NCBI GenBank assembly: GCA_033581555.1
Contig: JAVQSZ010000005.1
Location: 41,199-105,198, forward strand
Reading direction: 5' to 3'
Source of the DNA: Nitrososphaerota archaeon
GTDB lineage: Archaea > Thermoproteota > Nitrososphaeria_A > Caldarchaeales > Calditenuaceae
Length of the DNA stretch: 64,000 bases
The position numbers and the translations under genes were made by a program. This document shows, in pieces, positions 54,556 to 63,667 of the stretch (position 1 is the stretch's first letter; every line of letters begins with the position of its first letter). The notes beneath the pieces were generated by a model. It saw only the letters and a program-made list of their open reading frames with translations. It ran no database searches and had not been told where the DNA came from.

Positions 54556-56971
54556 CGGCCTTGAGCTTGTCGACGACGCCCGCCTCCTTCAGGAGCCAGT
54601 AGACCTTTTCAGGGGTCATGGGGACCGAGGTGGGCTCGACGCCGCACGCGTCCGCGATCGCGTTGGCTATCGCCGGCGCGACCGAGAGGATCCCGACCTC
54701 GCCTATGCCCTTCGCGCCGAACGGCCCCTCCTCCTCGAAGGTCTCGACGGGTATCACATCGATCCTCGGGGAGTCCTTCGAGCTCGGTATCAGGTAGGTG
54801 GAGAGGTCCCTAGTCAGCAGGTATCCGTCGGCGATCTTGGCGTCCTCCATCAGCGCGAACCCCAGCCCCTGGACCACCGCGCCCTCGATCTGGCCGGTGA
54901 AGTTGAGCGGGTTGATCACCCTTCCAGCGTCGACGACCGAGACGACCCTCGGGACCGTCACGGACCCCGTGAGGACGTTCACGACCACCTCCGCGACCGT
55001 CACGCCGAACATGAAGAAGAGGTGCGGTATCTCGAGCGTACCGGGTATCGGCTCGACCTTGGGGACCTCGTAAGTCCCGACGACCCCCCTCCCCAGCCCC
55101 TTCGCCTCCAGCCTCTCCGCCAGCTCTCCGAGTGGGACAGGCCTCCCGGAGTCGACGACCGCGCCCTCCTCCGTGAACGAGACGCTCGAGGGCCTCTTTC
55201 CCGTCTCCGCCTCGAAGAGGTCCTTCACCCTCTCCGCCAACGCCTCAACCGCCCTCCTCAGCGCGTTCCCAGCCAGGAAGACCTGCCTCGACGCCGAGGT
55301 GACGCTGGTGTCAGGGGACCTCTCGGTGTCCGCGAAGAGCACTCGGACCCTCTCGACGGGGACCCTGAGGAGCTCGGCGGCGAGCTGTGCGACGGACTCC
55401 ACCACGCCCTGGCCGATCTCCGTGAAGCTCCCGCCCACTACGACCGTTCCGTCGGGGTTCAGCTCGAGCGAGACGCTCCCCCTGTCGGGAAGGGCGCCGA
55501 TCGTGTAACCCTTCATCCCGGCCGCGACGCCTATCCCCCTCCTCAGCCACGGGTACTCGAGTTCCACCGGCCTCCCCCTCTCCCTCCAGAGCGGGTGCTC
55601 CCTCGCGGCCCTGAGGCAGTCGTAGATCCCGACGCTCCCCTCCATCCTGTTCCCGAAGACGTAGACGTCGCCTTTCCTGACCGCGTTGATCATCCTCAGC
55701 TCGATCGGGTCCATCCCGAGCTTCCTCGCGATCCTGTCGACCTGCCTCTCCATCGCGAAGAGCACCTGCGGAGCGCCGAAGCCCCTGAAGGCCGAGGCGA
55801 CCATGTTGTTGGTGTAGACGAGGTAAGCGTCGATCTTCGCGTTCGCGATCCTGTAGGGGCCGTTGCAGTTCTCGATCGCGACGTCCAACACGGCTGGACC
55901 CAGGGCCGCGTAGGCTCCGGTGTCGTAGATGATCTCGACCTCGTTGGCGAGCAGCCGGCCGTCCCTCGAGGCAGCGGTCCTCATTCTGATCACCGCAGGA
56001 TGCCTCTTGGTCCCAGAGACCATCGACTCCTCCCTCGACAGGACGAGCCTCGCGGCCCTCCCGGTCTTCATCGTCACCAGCGCCAAGTGTATTTGGACCG
56101 AGACGTCGTCCTTCCCTCCGAACGCTCCGCCGACGTAGGGCGTAATCACCCGTATCCTCTCCGGGGGGAGGTCGAGGGCGTGGGCGATCTCGGCCCTGTC
56201 GCGATGAGGGGACTGTCCTCCGGCCACCACGACTATCCTCCCCTGCTCGTCGAGGTAGGAGATCCCGGCCTCCGTCTCGAGGAACGCGTGGATCTGGGTG
56301 CCGGTGGTGTAGGTCCCCTCGACCACCACGTCGGCCGCCGCGAAGGCCGCCTCCACGTCACCGAACCTGAGGCTGGTCTGTCTGCAGACGTTCCCGCCTT
56401 CGTGGACCTTCGGCGAGTCGGGCATCATCGCCCTGACCGGGTCCGTCACCGGGGGCAACGGTTCGTACTCGACATCGATCAGCCTGACCGCCTCCGAGGC
56501 CGCCTCCCTCGTCTCGGCGGCCACCAGCGCGACCGGGTCGCCGATGTACCTGACCTTGTCGTCGCAGAGGACTGGCCTGTCCTTCACGAAGACGCCGAAC
56601 CTGTTGACTGGAACGTCCTGGTGCGTGAGTACCGCAACTACTCCGGGATAGGACTTGGCCCTTGAGGCATCGATCCGCTTGATCAGGGCGTGTGGGTACC
56701 TGCTCCTTAGGACCGAGACCCAGAGGAAGTCGTCGGGGAAGAGGTCGGAGGCGTACTTCGCCGCGCCGGTCGCTTTCTCGAGCGCGTCCCTCCTGACAAC
56801 CGGCGCACCGACGTAGGTCGTCCTGGAGGTCAGAGGACACCGACCTCCCTCGCGATCCTCCAGAGGGTCATGAAGACGTAGTTGACCGAGAGCTCCCTGC
56901 GGTACGCCGCGGAGCCCCTGACGTCGTCGATCGGCGAGATGGACCTCAACACTGCCCGGGCCGCCTCCCAC
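54536..56971 (-). CDS. xanthine dehydrogenase-family molybdopterin-binding large subunit
   Basis: Ald_Xan_dh_C/C2 motifs (GGAFGGK, catalytic E near C-terminus GAKGIGEVG); N-terminus uncertain, as ORF start overlaps FAD-subunit gene by 141 nt and no canonical start closer. Confidence 0.8.
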   Translation of the reverse strand: MGGGPGSVEVHLADRRRQGLRGVPQGALGQLRLHDPLEDREGGRCPLTSRTTYVGAPVVRRDALEKATGAAKYASDLFPDDFLWVSVLRSRYPHALIKRIDASRAKSYPGVVAVLTHQDVPVNRFGVFVKDRPVLCDDKVRYIGDPVALVAAETREAASEAVRLIDVEYEPLPPVTDPVRAMMPDSPKVHEGGNVCRQTSLRFGDVEAAFAAADVVVEGTYTTGTQIHAFLETEAGISYLDEQGRIVVVAGGQSPHRDRAEIAHALDLPPERIRVITPYVGGAFGGKDDVSVQIHLALVTMKTGRAARLVLSREESMVSGTKRHPAVIRMRTAASRDGRLLANEVEIIYDTGAYAALGPAVLDVAIENCNGPYRIANAKIDAYLVYTNNMVASAFRGFGAPQVLFAMERQVDRIARKLGMDPIELRMINAVRKGDVYVFGNRMEGSVGIYDCLRAAREHPLWRERGRPVELEYPWLRRGIGVAAGMKGYTIGALPDRGSVSLELNPDGTVVVGGSFTEIGQGVVESVAQLAAELLRVPVERVRVLFADTERSPDTSVTSASRQVFLAGNALRRAVEALAERVKDLFEAETGKRPSSVSFTEEGAVVDSGRPVPLGELAERLEAKGLGRGVVGTYEVPKVEPIPGTLEIPHLFFMFGVTVAEVVVNVLTGSVTVPRVVSVVDAGRVINPLNFTGQIEGAVVQGLGFALMEDAKIADGYLLTRDLSTYLIPSSKDSPRIDVIPVETFEEEGPFGAKGIGEVGILSVAPAIANAIADACGVEPTSVPMTPEKVYWLLKEAGVVDKLKAGGEGHG

Positions 56972-57714
56972 ATGACGTCCTCCCTGAGCCTCCTCCCCTT
57001 CAGGGCCCTCTCGGCCTCGTGTGCCCTCACGACCGTAGGCGCGACGGCTCCCAGCGCTATCGCAGCGCCCCTCACCAGGTCTCCCTCGAGGTCCAGGAGG
57101 ACCGCGCCGTTGACAACCGATATCGCGTCGCCCTGCCTGAGGCCGTGCTTGAAGAAGTGGCCCACCTCGCCCCCCTTCTCCGCTCTCAGTCGGACCTCAA
57201 CGAGCAGCTCGTCGGGCCTCATGTCCAGCCTCTTATAGCCCCTATAGAACTCCGTGATCCCGACGGTCCTGGTCCCCTTGAGGCTGGCCAGCTTCAGCTC
57301 CGCGTCGTGGACGTAGAGCGCGGGGAGCGAGTCCGCGGCGGGAGAGGCGTTGACGACGTTGCCGCCTATCGTCCCCTTGTTCATTATCTGGACCGAGCCG
57401 ACCGTCTCCGCGGCCTCCGCGAGGACCGGCGCGTGCCTCCTGATCACCTCTGAGGAGGCGATCTCGGAGAACGTCGTCAGCGCGCCTATCGCGATCGTCT
57501 CGTCCTCGTGCCTGACGTACTTCAGCTCCCAGAGCCCCGAGACGTCCAGCAGGTCGGACTTCTGAACGGCACCAGACCTCATCTGGACCAACAGGTCCGT
57601 CCCTCCAGCGAGCACCTTGATACCCCTCCTTTCCGCGAGGACCCTGAGGGCCTCGTCCAGGTCCCTGGGGACCAGGACGTCGACGTCGTGGAGGAGGACC
57701 TCCAACTCAGGCAC
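56830..57714 (-). CDS. xanthine dehydrogenase-family FAD-binding medium subunit (CoxM/XdhB-like)
   Basis: 294 aa; FAD_binding_5 motifs AGGTDLLV, GTIGGN; CO_deh_flav_C. Confidence 0.8.
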   Translation of the reverse strand: MPELEVLLHDVDVLVPRDLDEALRVLAERRGIKVLAGGTDLLVQMRSGAVQKSDLLDVSGLWELKYVRHEDETIAIGALTTFSEIASSEVIRRHAPVLAEAAETVGSVQIMNKGTIGGNVVNASPAADSLPALYVHDAELKLASLKGTRTVGITEFYRGYKRLDMRPDELLVEVRLRAEKGGEVGHFFKHGLRQGDAISVVNGAVLLDLEGDLVRGAAIALGAVAPTVVRAHEAERALKGRRLREDVMWEAARAVLRSISPIDDVRGSAAYRRELSVNYVFMTLWRIAREVGVL

Positions 57715-58171
57715 CCGCCGCCCTCAGGACCGCGGCCACGACCTTCGCGTACCCGGTGCACCTGCAGAGGTTCCCCCTTATCGCGTCCCTCACCTCCTCC
57801 TCAGTCGGCCTCGGGTTCCTTGAGAGGAGCGCGTAGGAGGCCACGATCAGGCCCGGAGTGCAGTGGCCGCACTGGACCGCGCCCGACTCGACGAACGCCC
57901 TCACCAGCGGGTGTCCCGGATCGATCCCCTCGATCGTCGTGACCCTCCTCCCCTCGACCTGGGTCATCGCGGTAAGGCACGCGTGGACTGGTTCGCCGTC
58001 GATGAGGACGGTGCACTCGCCGCAGTCCCCCCTAGCGCAGCCCTCCTTCGTCCCGGTCATCCTGAGCTCGTACCTCAGGACCTCGAGGAGCGAGTACGCA
58101 GGGGGAGCCCTGACCTTCACCGGTTTACCGTTCAGAACGAAGCTGAACTCCCTCTCGATCCTGTGGACCAT
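57707..58171 (-). CDS. xanthine dehydrogenase-family [2Fe-2S] small subunit (CoxS-like)
   Basis: 155 aa from internal Met MVHRIEREFSF; Cys clusters CARGDCGECTV and CGHCTPG...C-x-C; upstream 149 codons of ORF are antisense artefact. Confidence 0.8.
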   Translation of the reverse strand: MVHRIEREFSFVLNGKPVKVRAPPAYSLLEVLRYELRMTGTKEGCARGDCGECTVLIDGEPVHACLTAMTQVEGRRVTTIEGIDPGHPLVRAFVESGAVQCGHCTPGLIVASYALLSRNPRPTEEEVRDAIRGNLCRCTGYAKVVAAVLRAAGA

Positions 58172-58267
58172 CCGTGACGTTCCAAACCCCCGACTGAAGA
58201 TAAAAACGTGAACCGTCTCTCCGGGACGCGACAGACATATCAGAGACCGGGCCCGTCTAGGCGAGAG

Positions 58268-58564
58268 ATGCTGGTCTACAAGGGGAGCAAGGAGGCGGTC
58301 GCGAAGGTCGTCGAGCGGATCCTCTCCGACGACATCGGCTCGAGGGCTAACGTCATCGTCAGGGACGCGGCGCAGCTGACCGGAGGCCAGGGCCAGTACG
58401 TCAGGGTGCTCGGGACAGAGGAGCAAGAGGCCAGGGTCAGGGAGCTGGTCGGGCTTGAGCTCGAGGAGGTCAAGGGTGAGGAGCTCGAACGGGTCGTGAG
58501 TGCGCTCCGCGAGGAGGACGAGAGGGCGCTCTCGGGGATGGGGATGATCTTCGGCGGCGAGTAG
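58268..58564 (+). CDS. hypothetical small acidic protein
   Basis: 98 aa from Met 58268 (MLVYKGSKEAVAKVVERIL...); mixed alpha/beta, no motif recognised. Confidence 0.35.
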   Translation: MLVYKGSKEAVAKVVERILSDDIGSRANVIVRDAAQLTGGQGQYVRVLGTEEQEARVRELVGLELEEVKGEELERVVSALREEDERALSGMGMIFGGE

Positions 58565-58752
58565 GACCCGGCGTGCTGACGTGTCACATGCATGCGACTG
58601 TATACCGTATATTATCATGATGCATACGTGACGAATGTTTAATGGGGACGCTTGATAACATTAATGATACAGGGAAATCGGTCTGGGCATCTAGGTTCAT
58701 AATGGCGGCGATCATCTAGGGCGCCCTGGCCACCGCGAACACGCTGTTCTGG

Positions 58753-59210
58753 GTGGTAGGGCAGCTCGGATTCCTGAGGCCGGAGGTCAGCAGGGTCATC
58801 GCCTTCGGCAGCGCGGGGACTTGGTTCACGGTCGGGTACACGACCTACCTGATCGTCGGCGTGGTCGCGATGGCGGTCACGGCCCTCTTCTACCACTACA
58901 TCGAAAACGTGCTCGGTAAGCCCTACACCGGCATAGCCAACACGTTCGCATGGTTACACTTAGTACTGATGAACGTCGGCGTGGTGGGTGCGACTTGGAT
59001 GATGATCGGAGGCTATCAGGGAGGAGCCGCCATGCTGCCGCCCGCCGTCGGGGGGGGGGGGGGGATGGAACGCGACGATGGTGCACGTTAACGTCTTCTA
59101 CGGCATCCCGCTGGGTTATCCGACGTGGATAGCGCTCTTCATCTTCGTGCTAGCTGCCGGGGTCATCTTCGGAGGGCTTGGCTACCTGATAACTTGGCGG
59201 AGGAGGTAGA
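58753..59210 (+). pseudogene. membrane protein gene interrupted by frameshift at G15 homopolymer (59050-59064)
   Basis: ORF 58753..59091 ends 8 codons after a 15-G run; +1 frame continues with hydrophobic helix WNATMVHVNVFYGIPLGYPTWIALFIFVLAAGVIFGGLGYLITWRRR to 59210; G14 or G17 would give one 151-aa 4-TM protein. Confidence 0.45.
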
Positions 59211-59316
59211 CTGCCCCTGACTTTACTCATCAGTATTTTTGTGACACGCGCTTTTTCATTTGTCGCGCAGTTCCATTACGGATGCGCCAACATCCCAATT
59301 TGCCGCACAGCGTGGC

Positions 59317-60339
59317 TTAGGTGGTCAGCCAGCTCGACATGCTCTCGGTGGACCTGACTATCCTCGCGCCCTCTGAAGCGAACTTCCTGTAGTAGAGATC
59401 GGCGGCCTCGGTGTAGTCCACAACGCCCTTCACGACGACCGGAGAGGAGCAGTCGTCGAGCAGGAATACCTTATTGACCAAAGCTGGGTCCCTCTCCTTG
59501 AAGGCGTTGATCAGGTCCTCAACGGTCCACGCGACGCAGTGGCTCTTCGCCTGACCCGCGACCAGGATCACGTCGTATCCGCTCAGCTCCTGCACGAGCT
59601 CCACGTCCAGAGCACCCAGCTTCTCGCCGTCGGGGCCGGTCTTGACCTCCGGCTGCAGCGCTGAGTAGTGCTCGGTGAACGGGTTCGTCCCCTTGATCCT
59701 GATGAAGGGCTGCGAGGCCCTCGCGATCGAGTGGAAGAAGACCGCCTCCTCAACCGCAGAGACTATCGCGTGGCCTATCCCTCCCAGCATCGCGTGGAAC
59801 GGCCATATCGTGAGCTCGTACTTTCCCGACCTCTCCAGCGACTCGACGTAGTGGAGCAGGTGCCTCTGGGCCCACTCTCTCGATACCCCCAGCGCGTTGC
59901 AGGCCTCCGGGTCCACGGACCACCTCCCGCGCCTCACGTCCTCGACCGAGATCCTCGTGTAGGGCTCAGGGTGGTTTCCGTCCCTGTCGACTAGGAAGGT
60001 CTCGTGGAAGATCTGGTAAGCTTGGTGAGTGTCCATCGTCAGATAGATCCTAGTTATGTTCTCGAGGTTCCTGTAGACGAACTGGCAGAGCCTTACGTTG
60101 TCCTCGACTGCTCCTAGCCCAGACCTCCCGGCCACGAAGAGCTCGAAGCCAGGTACGCAGAAGGTGTTCTGGACGTCGATCAGTAGCAGCGCGACCCTGA
60201 GGTCGTCCTTCGACGCGGGCCTGACTCCGTACGTCCTAGCCCACCTCCTCGCGTCCCTCGCCCTCTCCGCGTACTCGACCCTCCAGACGTCGCCCACCAG
60301 CTCGGGCCTGAAGTGGGGAGGAATGGGGAGCTCCCTCAT
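59317..60339 (-). CDS. isochorismatase-family cysteine hydrolase (nicotinamidase PncA-like, extended)
   Basis: LLLIDVQNTFC (Asp/catalytic triad region), ILVAGQAKSHCVAWT (nucleophile Cys); divergent from NAPRTase gene. Confidence 0.55.
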   Translation of the reverse strand: MRELPIPPHFRPELVGDVWRVEYAERARDARRWARTYGVRPASKDDLRVALLLIDVQNTFCVPGFELFVAGRSGLGAVEDNVRLCQFVYRNLENITRIYLTMDTHQAYQIFHETFLVDRDGNHPEPYTRISVEDVRRGRWSVDPEACNALGVSREWAQRHLLHYVESLERSGKYELTIWPFHAMLGGIGHAIVSAVEEAVFFHSIARASQPFIRIKGTNPFTEHYSALQPEVKTGPDGEKLGALDVELVQELSGYDVILVAGQAKSHCVAWTVEDLINAFKERDPALVNKVFLLDDCSSPVVVKGVVDYTEAADLYYRKFASEGARIVRSTESMSSWLTT

Positions 60340-60462
60340 CGGGCGTTCCTGACTCGAGCCTGGAGATCAGCGTTCCCGAACCGGTAAAGCGATCTCGCTC
60401 GAGGACCGTTGCCTAGAAATTACACGTTAAAAAGACTCGTCCCCGATTGAGGTGGAACCGGG

Positions 60463-61674
60463 ATGAGCCTCAGGCCGAAGATCTACTGCGCCGACGAGAG
60501 GACGATCCTCGAGGGTCGGGTGACCGACGTCTACTTCCTTAGGACCGAGGAGATCGTGAGGAGGAGCGGTCTTGGGGAGAGGAGGGTCTGCGCGGACGTC
60601 CACAGCTACGGCCTGCCCGAGGGGTACTCTTGGGCGGTCTTCGCGGGGCTCGAGGAGGCACTCAAGCTTCTCGAGGGCAGGAGGGTGAACGTCTACGCGA
60701 TGGAGGAGGGCGAGGTCTTCAGGCCGATGGAGCCCGTGATGGAGATCGAGGGGCCCTACGCCGAGTTCGGTGTCCTCGAGTCCTCGATCCTTGGGGCCCT
60801 CAGGCACGAGTCCAGCGTCGCCACTAAGGCCGCGAGGGTGAGGCTCGCGACGTGGGGAAAGCTGCTGGTCTTCTTCGGGATAAGGTGCGTCCACCCGGCC
60901 GTGGCTCCCGCGGTCGACAGGGCCGCGTTCATAGGAGGATGCGACGCGGTCTCGGGCGTCCTCGGGGCCGAGATGCTGGGCGAAAGGCCGGTCGGGACGA
61001 TGCCTCACGCCCTGATCATCCTCTTCGGCGACCAGGAGAAGGCGTGGATGGCCTTCGACGAGGTCATGCCGCCGGAGGTCCCGAGGATAGCGCTCTGCGA
61101 CACCTTCGACGACGAGCGCGTCGAGTCCCTGAAGGCCGCGAGGGCGCTGGGGAGGAGGCTCCACGCTGTGAGGCTCGACACGCCGAGCTCGAGGAGGGGC
61201 AACATGAGGGCGATCGTCGAGGAGGTCAAGTGGACGTTGAGGGTGAACGGCTACGACTGGGTGGGGGTCTTCGTCAGCGGCGGCATAGACGAGGAGGAGG
61301 CGAAGGAGCTGGTCGACGTCGCCGACGGGTTCGGCGTGGGGACCTCGATCGCGTTCCCGCCATCGGTCGACCTGGCCATGGACATCGTCGAGGTAGACGG
61401 CTCGCCGCTCTCGAAGAGGGGAAAGCTCCCCGGGAGGAAGCAGGTCTACAGGTGCGAGAGGTTCCACGACACCCTCGTCCCGCGGACTATGGAGCTGGAG
61501 AGGTGTCCGACCTGCGGAGGCGAGGTGAGACCGCTGCTGAGGCCCGTGATGCTCAACGGAGAGCTGGTCAAGCCGATTGAACCTCCGAGGGAGATCAGGG
61601 AGCGGGTGATCAAGAGGCTCAGCGCGATCAGGGAGATGGACGGCCAACTCCCGCCGGTAAAGGTCTTCGCGTAG
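60463..61674 (+). CDS. pncB: nicotinate phosphoribosyltransferase (archaeal-type NAPRTase) with C-terminal zinc ribbon
   Basis: 403 aa; GTMPHALIILFG, AVRLDTPSSRRG, VFVSGGIDEEE motifs; C-terminal CERFHD...CPTCGG. Confidence 0.8.
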   Translation: MSLRPKIYCADERTILEGRVTDVYFLRTEEIVRRSGLGERRVCADVHSYGLPEGYSWAVFAGLEEALKLLEGRRVNVYAMEEGEVFRPMEPVMEIEGPYAEFGVLESSILGALRHESSVATKAARVRLATWGKLLVFFGIRCVHPAVAPAVDRAAFIGGCDAVSGVLGAEMLGERPVGTMPHALIILFGDQEKAWMAFDEVMPPEVPRIALCDTFDDERVESLKAARALGRRLHAVRLDTPSSRRGNMRAIVEEVKWTLRVNGYDWVGVFVSGGIDEEEAKELVDVADGFGVGTSIAFPPSVDLAMDIVEVDGSPLSKRGKLPGRKQVYRCERFHDTLVPRTMELERCPTCGGEVRPLLRPVMLNGELVKPIEPPREIRERVIKRLSAIREMDGQLPPVKVFA

Positions 61675-61765
61675 TCCGACCCCGACCCAGGGGACTTCAC
61701 GCCGTCAGCCTCCCGGCGGAGCGGCTGTCACAACTTTCTAATAACGGACGCTCGCTGAGTCCCCC

Positions 61766-62269
61766 GTGTCGGAGGAAGGGGACCGAGTCAAGGTCACGAT
61801 CGAGTACCGAGGACTTCAGACGTCGTTCGAGGGCGACCCTGAGGGAGTCGTCAGGGCGGTGAACGCGTTCCTCGAGAAGGTCCTGCCCTCCTACTCGCTG
61901 GCGAGGAAGCTCAGCGTCGACGTCTCCGCGGAGGAGGTGATCAAGGCCCTCGAGGGCTACGTGGTCCATGACAGGACGGTCGGTTTCGTCCATAAGCCGA
62001 CCATCCACGGCCTCCCAGCGGCCGACCAGATCCTCTCGGTGCTCGCGGCGAGGTGGCTCGAGCACGTCTTCGGGATGAGGGACAGGCCCGCCGTTTCCCT
62101 GAAGGCGATCTCCGAGGCCCTGGGTCTGAAGAGGGGGACGCTGACCGCTGCGCTCTCCGAGCTGAGGAGGTCCGGCTGCGTCAGGAGCGCAGAACGGGGC
62201 GATTACGAGATCACGGCGGTCGGGCTTCAGACTCTTGCCGAGAGGCTTGCCGAGAGGTCGAGGCAGTGA
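61766..62269 (+). CDS. hypothetical protein with C-terminal winged HTH
   Basis: 167 aa; N-terminal VKVTIEYRGLQTSFEGDPEGVVRAVNAFLEKV, C-terminal SLKAISEALGLKRGTLTAALSELRRSGCV HTH. Confidence 0.45.
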   Translation: MSEEGDRVKVTIEYRGLQTSFEGDPEGVVRAVNAFLEKVLPSYSLARKLSVDVSAEEVIKALEGYVVHDRTVGFVHKPTIHGLPAADQILSVLAARWLEHVFGMRDRPAVSLKAISEALGLKRGTLTAALSELRRSGCVRSAERGDYEITAVGLQTLAERLAERSRQ

Positions 62270-62684
62270 CGTCCGCGGGCTGACCCCTAGAGGGCGCAAA
62301 GTAGACGTACCTCCTGGGCGCGCCGCCCCTCGCCAGCCTCTCCTCCCTGACCAGGTCCAGCAGCACGTGCCCGACCGCGGTCGAGTCAAACCCGTACCCC
62401 CTCCTCGCGACCTCCCGAGTCACGTCAGAGAGAGTCCTCGGCTCCGAGAAGAAGCCCTCCGCCAGGAGCCTCTCGACGACCTGCCTGCAGGTGATCGGTT
62501 TCGGCCGCTCCCGCTCCTCCCTCTCCTCCAGCCCCTCCGCTCTCGCGCCGCCCAACGCCTCAACGACCCTCCTCACGCCCTCCTCGATCTGGTCCAGCCC
62601 CGCCTCGATCTCGACCTCATAGGCTCCTACCTTCAGCCTAACCTTGACTCTTTCAGTTGATTTTTCATGAGACAAGCCGGGCAC
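62211..62684 (-). CDS. paralog of preceding wHTH protein (convergent, 3' ends overlap 59 nt)
   Basis: 157 aa; N-terminal VKVRLKVGAYEVEIEAGLDQIEEGVRRVVEAL mirrors neighbour's N-domain; wHTH-like RTLSDVTREVARRGYGFDSTAVGHVLLDLV. Confidence 0.4.
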   Translation of the reverse strand: MPGLSHEKSTERVKVRLKVGAYEVEIEAGLDQIEEGVRRVVEALGGARAEGLEEREERERPKPITCRQVVERLLAEGFFSEPRTLSDVTREVARRGYGFDSTAVGHVLLDLVREERLARGGAPRRYVYFAPSRGQPADVTASTSRQASRQESEARPP

Positions 62685-62731
62685 CTCCAGAAAAATTTAA
62701 TAGGAAGCTTCCTTCAATCAATTGATGGATC

Positions 62732-63667
62732 ATGAAGGTCATGAGCGGTTTGATGAACATCATGGAGCACATCGACGTTCAAGAGTTTTCGCCGATATTT
62801 ATGAGTGTAGTAAGAGACTGCATCGCTTCTTTCCGGTGGAGGGAGAGGCGTCCGCGCGGCTCACCGATCGTCTTCGGTGCCGAGGAGCTGCTCGACGGGT
62901 TCTGCAGGTCGCCCGACCTGAGCGGGTGCGAGGTCTACGAGCTACGGGGGCGGGGTACGCGGAGGAGCGTCGCCGCAGTCGACGCCTCGGTGACGGCGAT
63001 CGGGCTCTGGGACGGAGGGGTGCTGGCCTCGCTGAAGGGCGCGGTGGTCCAGAGGTCCCACGAAGGGGTCAGGGTTACGGTCCTGGGCCCGGTCCCTAAG
63101 TACGTTCCTCTGGAGGTGACGGACGACCCCGTCGGCGACTCGGTGCTGCTCAGTGAGCTCAGGTGGTTCGAGAGGCACCTCCAGGCCTTCGCGGCCTCAC
63201 AGGAGGGGCCGGAGCTGCTGCTGTTCGACTCTCCGCTCGCAAAGGTCGACAGGGGCGTGCTCGAGCTCTCCAGGAGCAGGCACGTGGTCGGCGTCGTCAA
63301 GTCGAGCCCGCTTGCCTTGATTCCAGGGGCCCTTGAACTCCCACCGACCCGCGGGGTCGGAGCTGTGGCCCTCGTCAGGGAGGGGGAGTTCGCGGTCACG
63401 GTCTCGAGGCTCTCGCCCAACGGACTACCGCTGAGGATTGACGTCTGGCCCGCGGACGGGTGGAGGGAGGCTCTTGAGGACGTCCTGACCAGCGACTGCC
63501 TCGTCCACGGTTACCCCGAGTCCCTGGCGCTGGCCCACGCGTACTCCAGGCAGACCTGGCCCGAGGTCTTTGCGTTGAGGTCGCTTCTGACGAGGGAGCT
63601 GCGCGCGGGGTGCATTGAGGCCCCGGACGTGAGGTCGACGGTCCTCTCGCCGTTCGACGGGAGATGA
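62732..63667 (+). CDS. nurA: NurA 5'-3' nuclease
   Basis: 311 aa; AAVDASVTAIG (NurA IDGS-like catalytic Asp), VVGVVKSS, LVHGYPESLALAHAYS (GYPxxLxxAHxxA motif); ATGA overlap with herA start. Confidence 0.55.
   Translation: MKVMSGLMNIMEHIDVQEFSPIFMSVVRDCIASFRWRERRPRGSPIVFGAEELLDGFCRSPDLSGCEVYELRGRGTRRSVAAVDASVTAIGLWDGGVLASLKGAVVQRSHEGVRVTVLGPVPKYVPLEVTDDPVGDSVLLSELRWFERHLQAFAASQEGPELLLFDSPLAKVDRGVLELSRSRHVVGVVKSSPLALIPGALELPPTRGVGAVALVREGEFAVTVSRLSPNGLPLRIDVWPADGWREALEDVLTSDCLVHGYPESLALAHAYSRQTWPEVFALRSLLTRELRAGCIEAPDVRSTVLSPFDGR

Noticed and set aside
54338-56665. 775-aa ORF on plus strand
   Set aside because: Antisense to xanthine-dehydrogenase large subunit. Low-complexity R/D/P/G composition, no motifs.
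60427-61647. 406-aa minus-strand ORF
   Set aside because: Antisense to NAPRTase gene, which has clear motifs.
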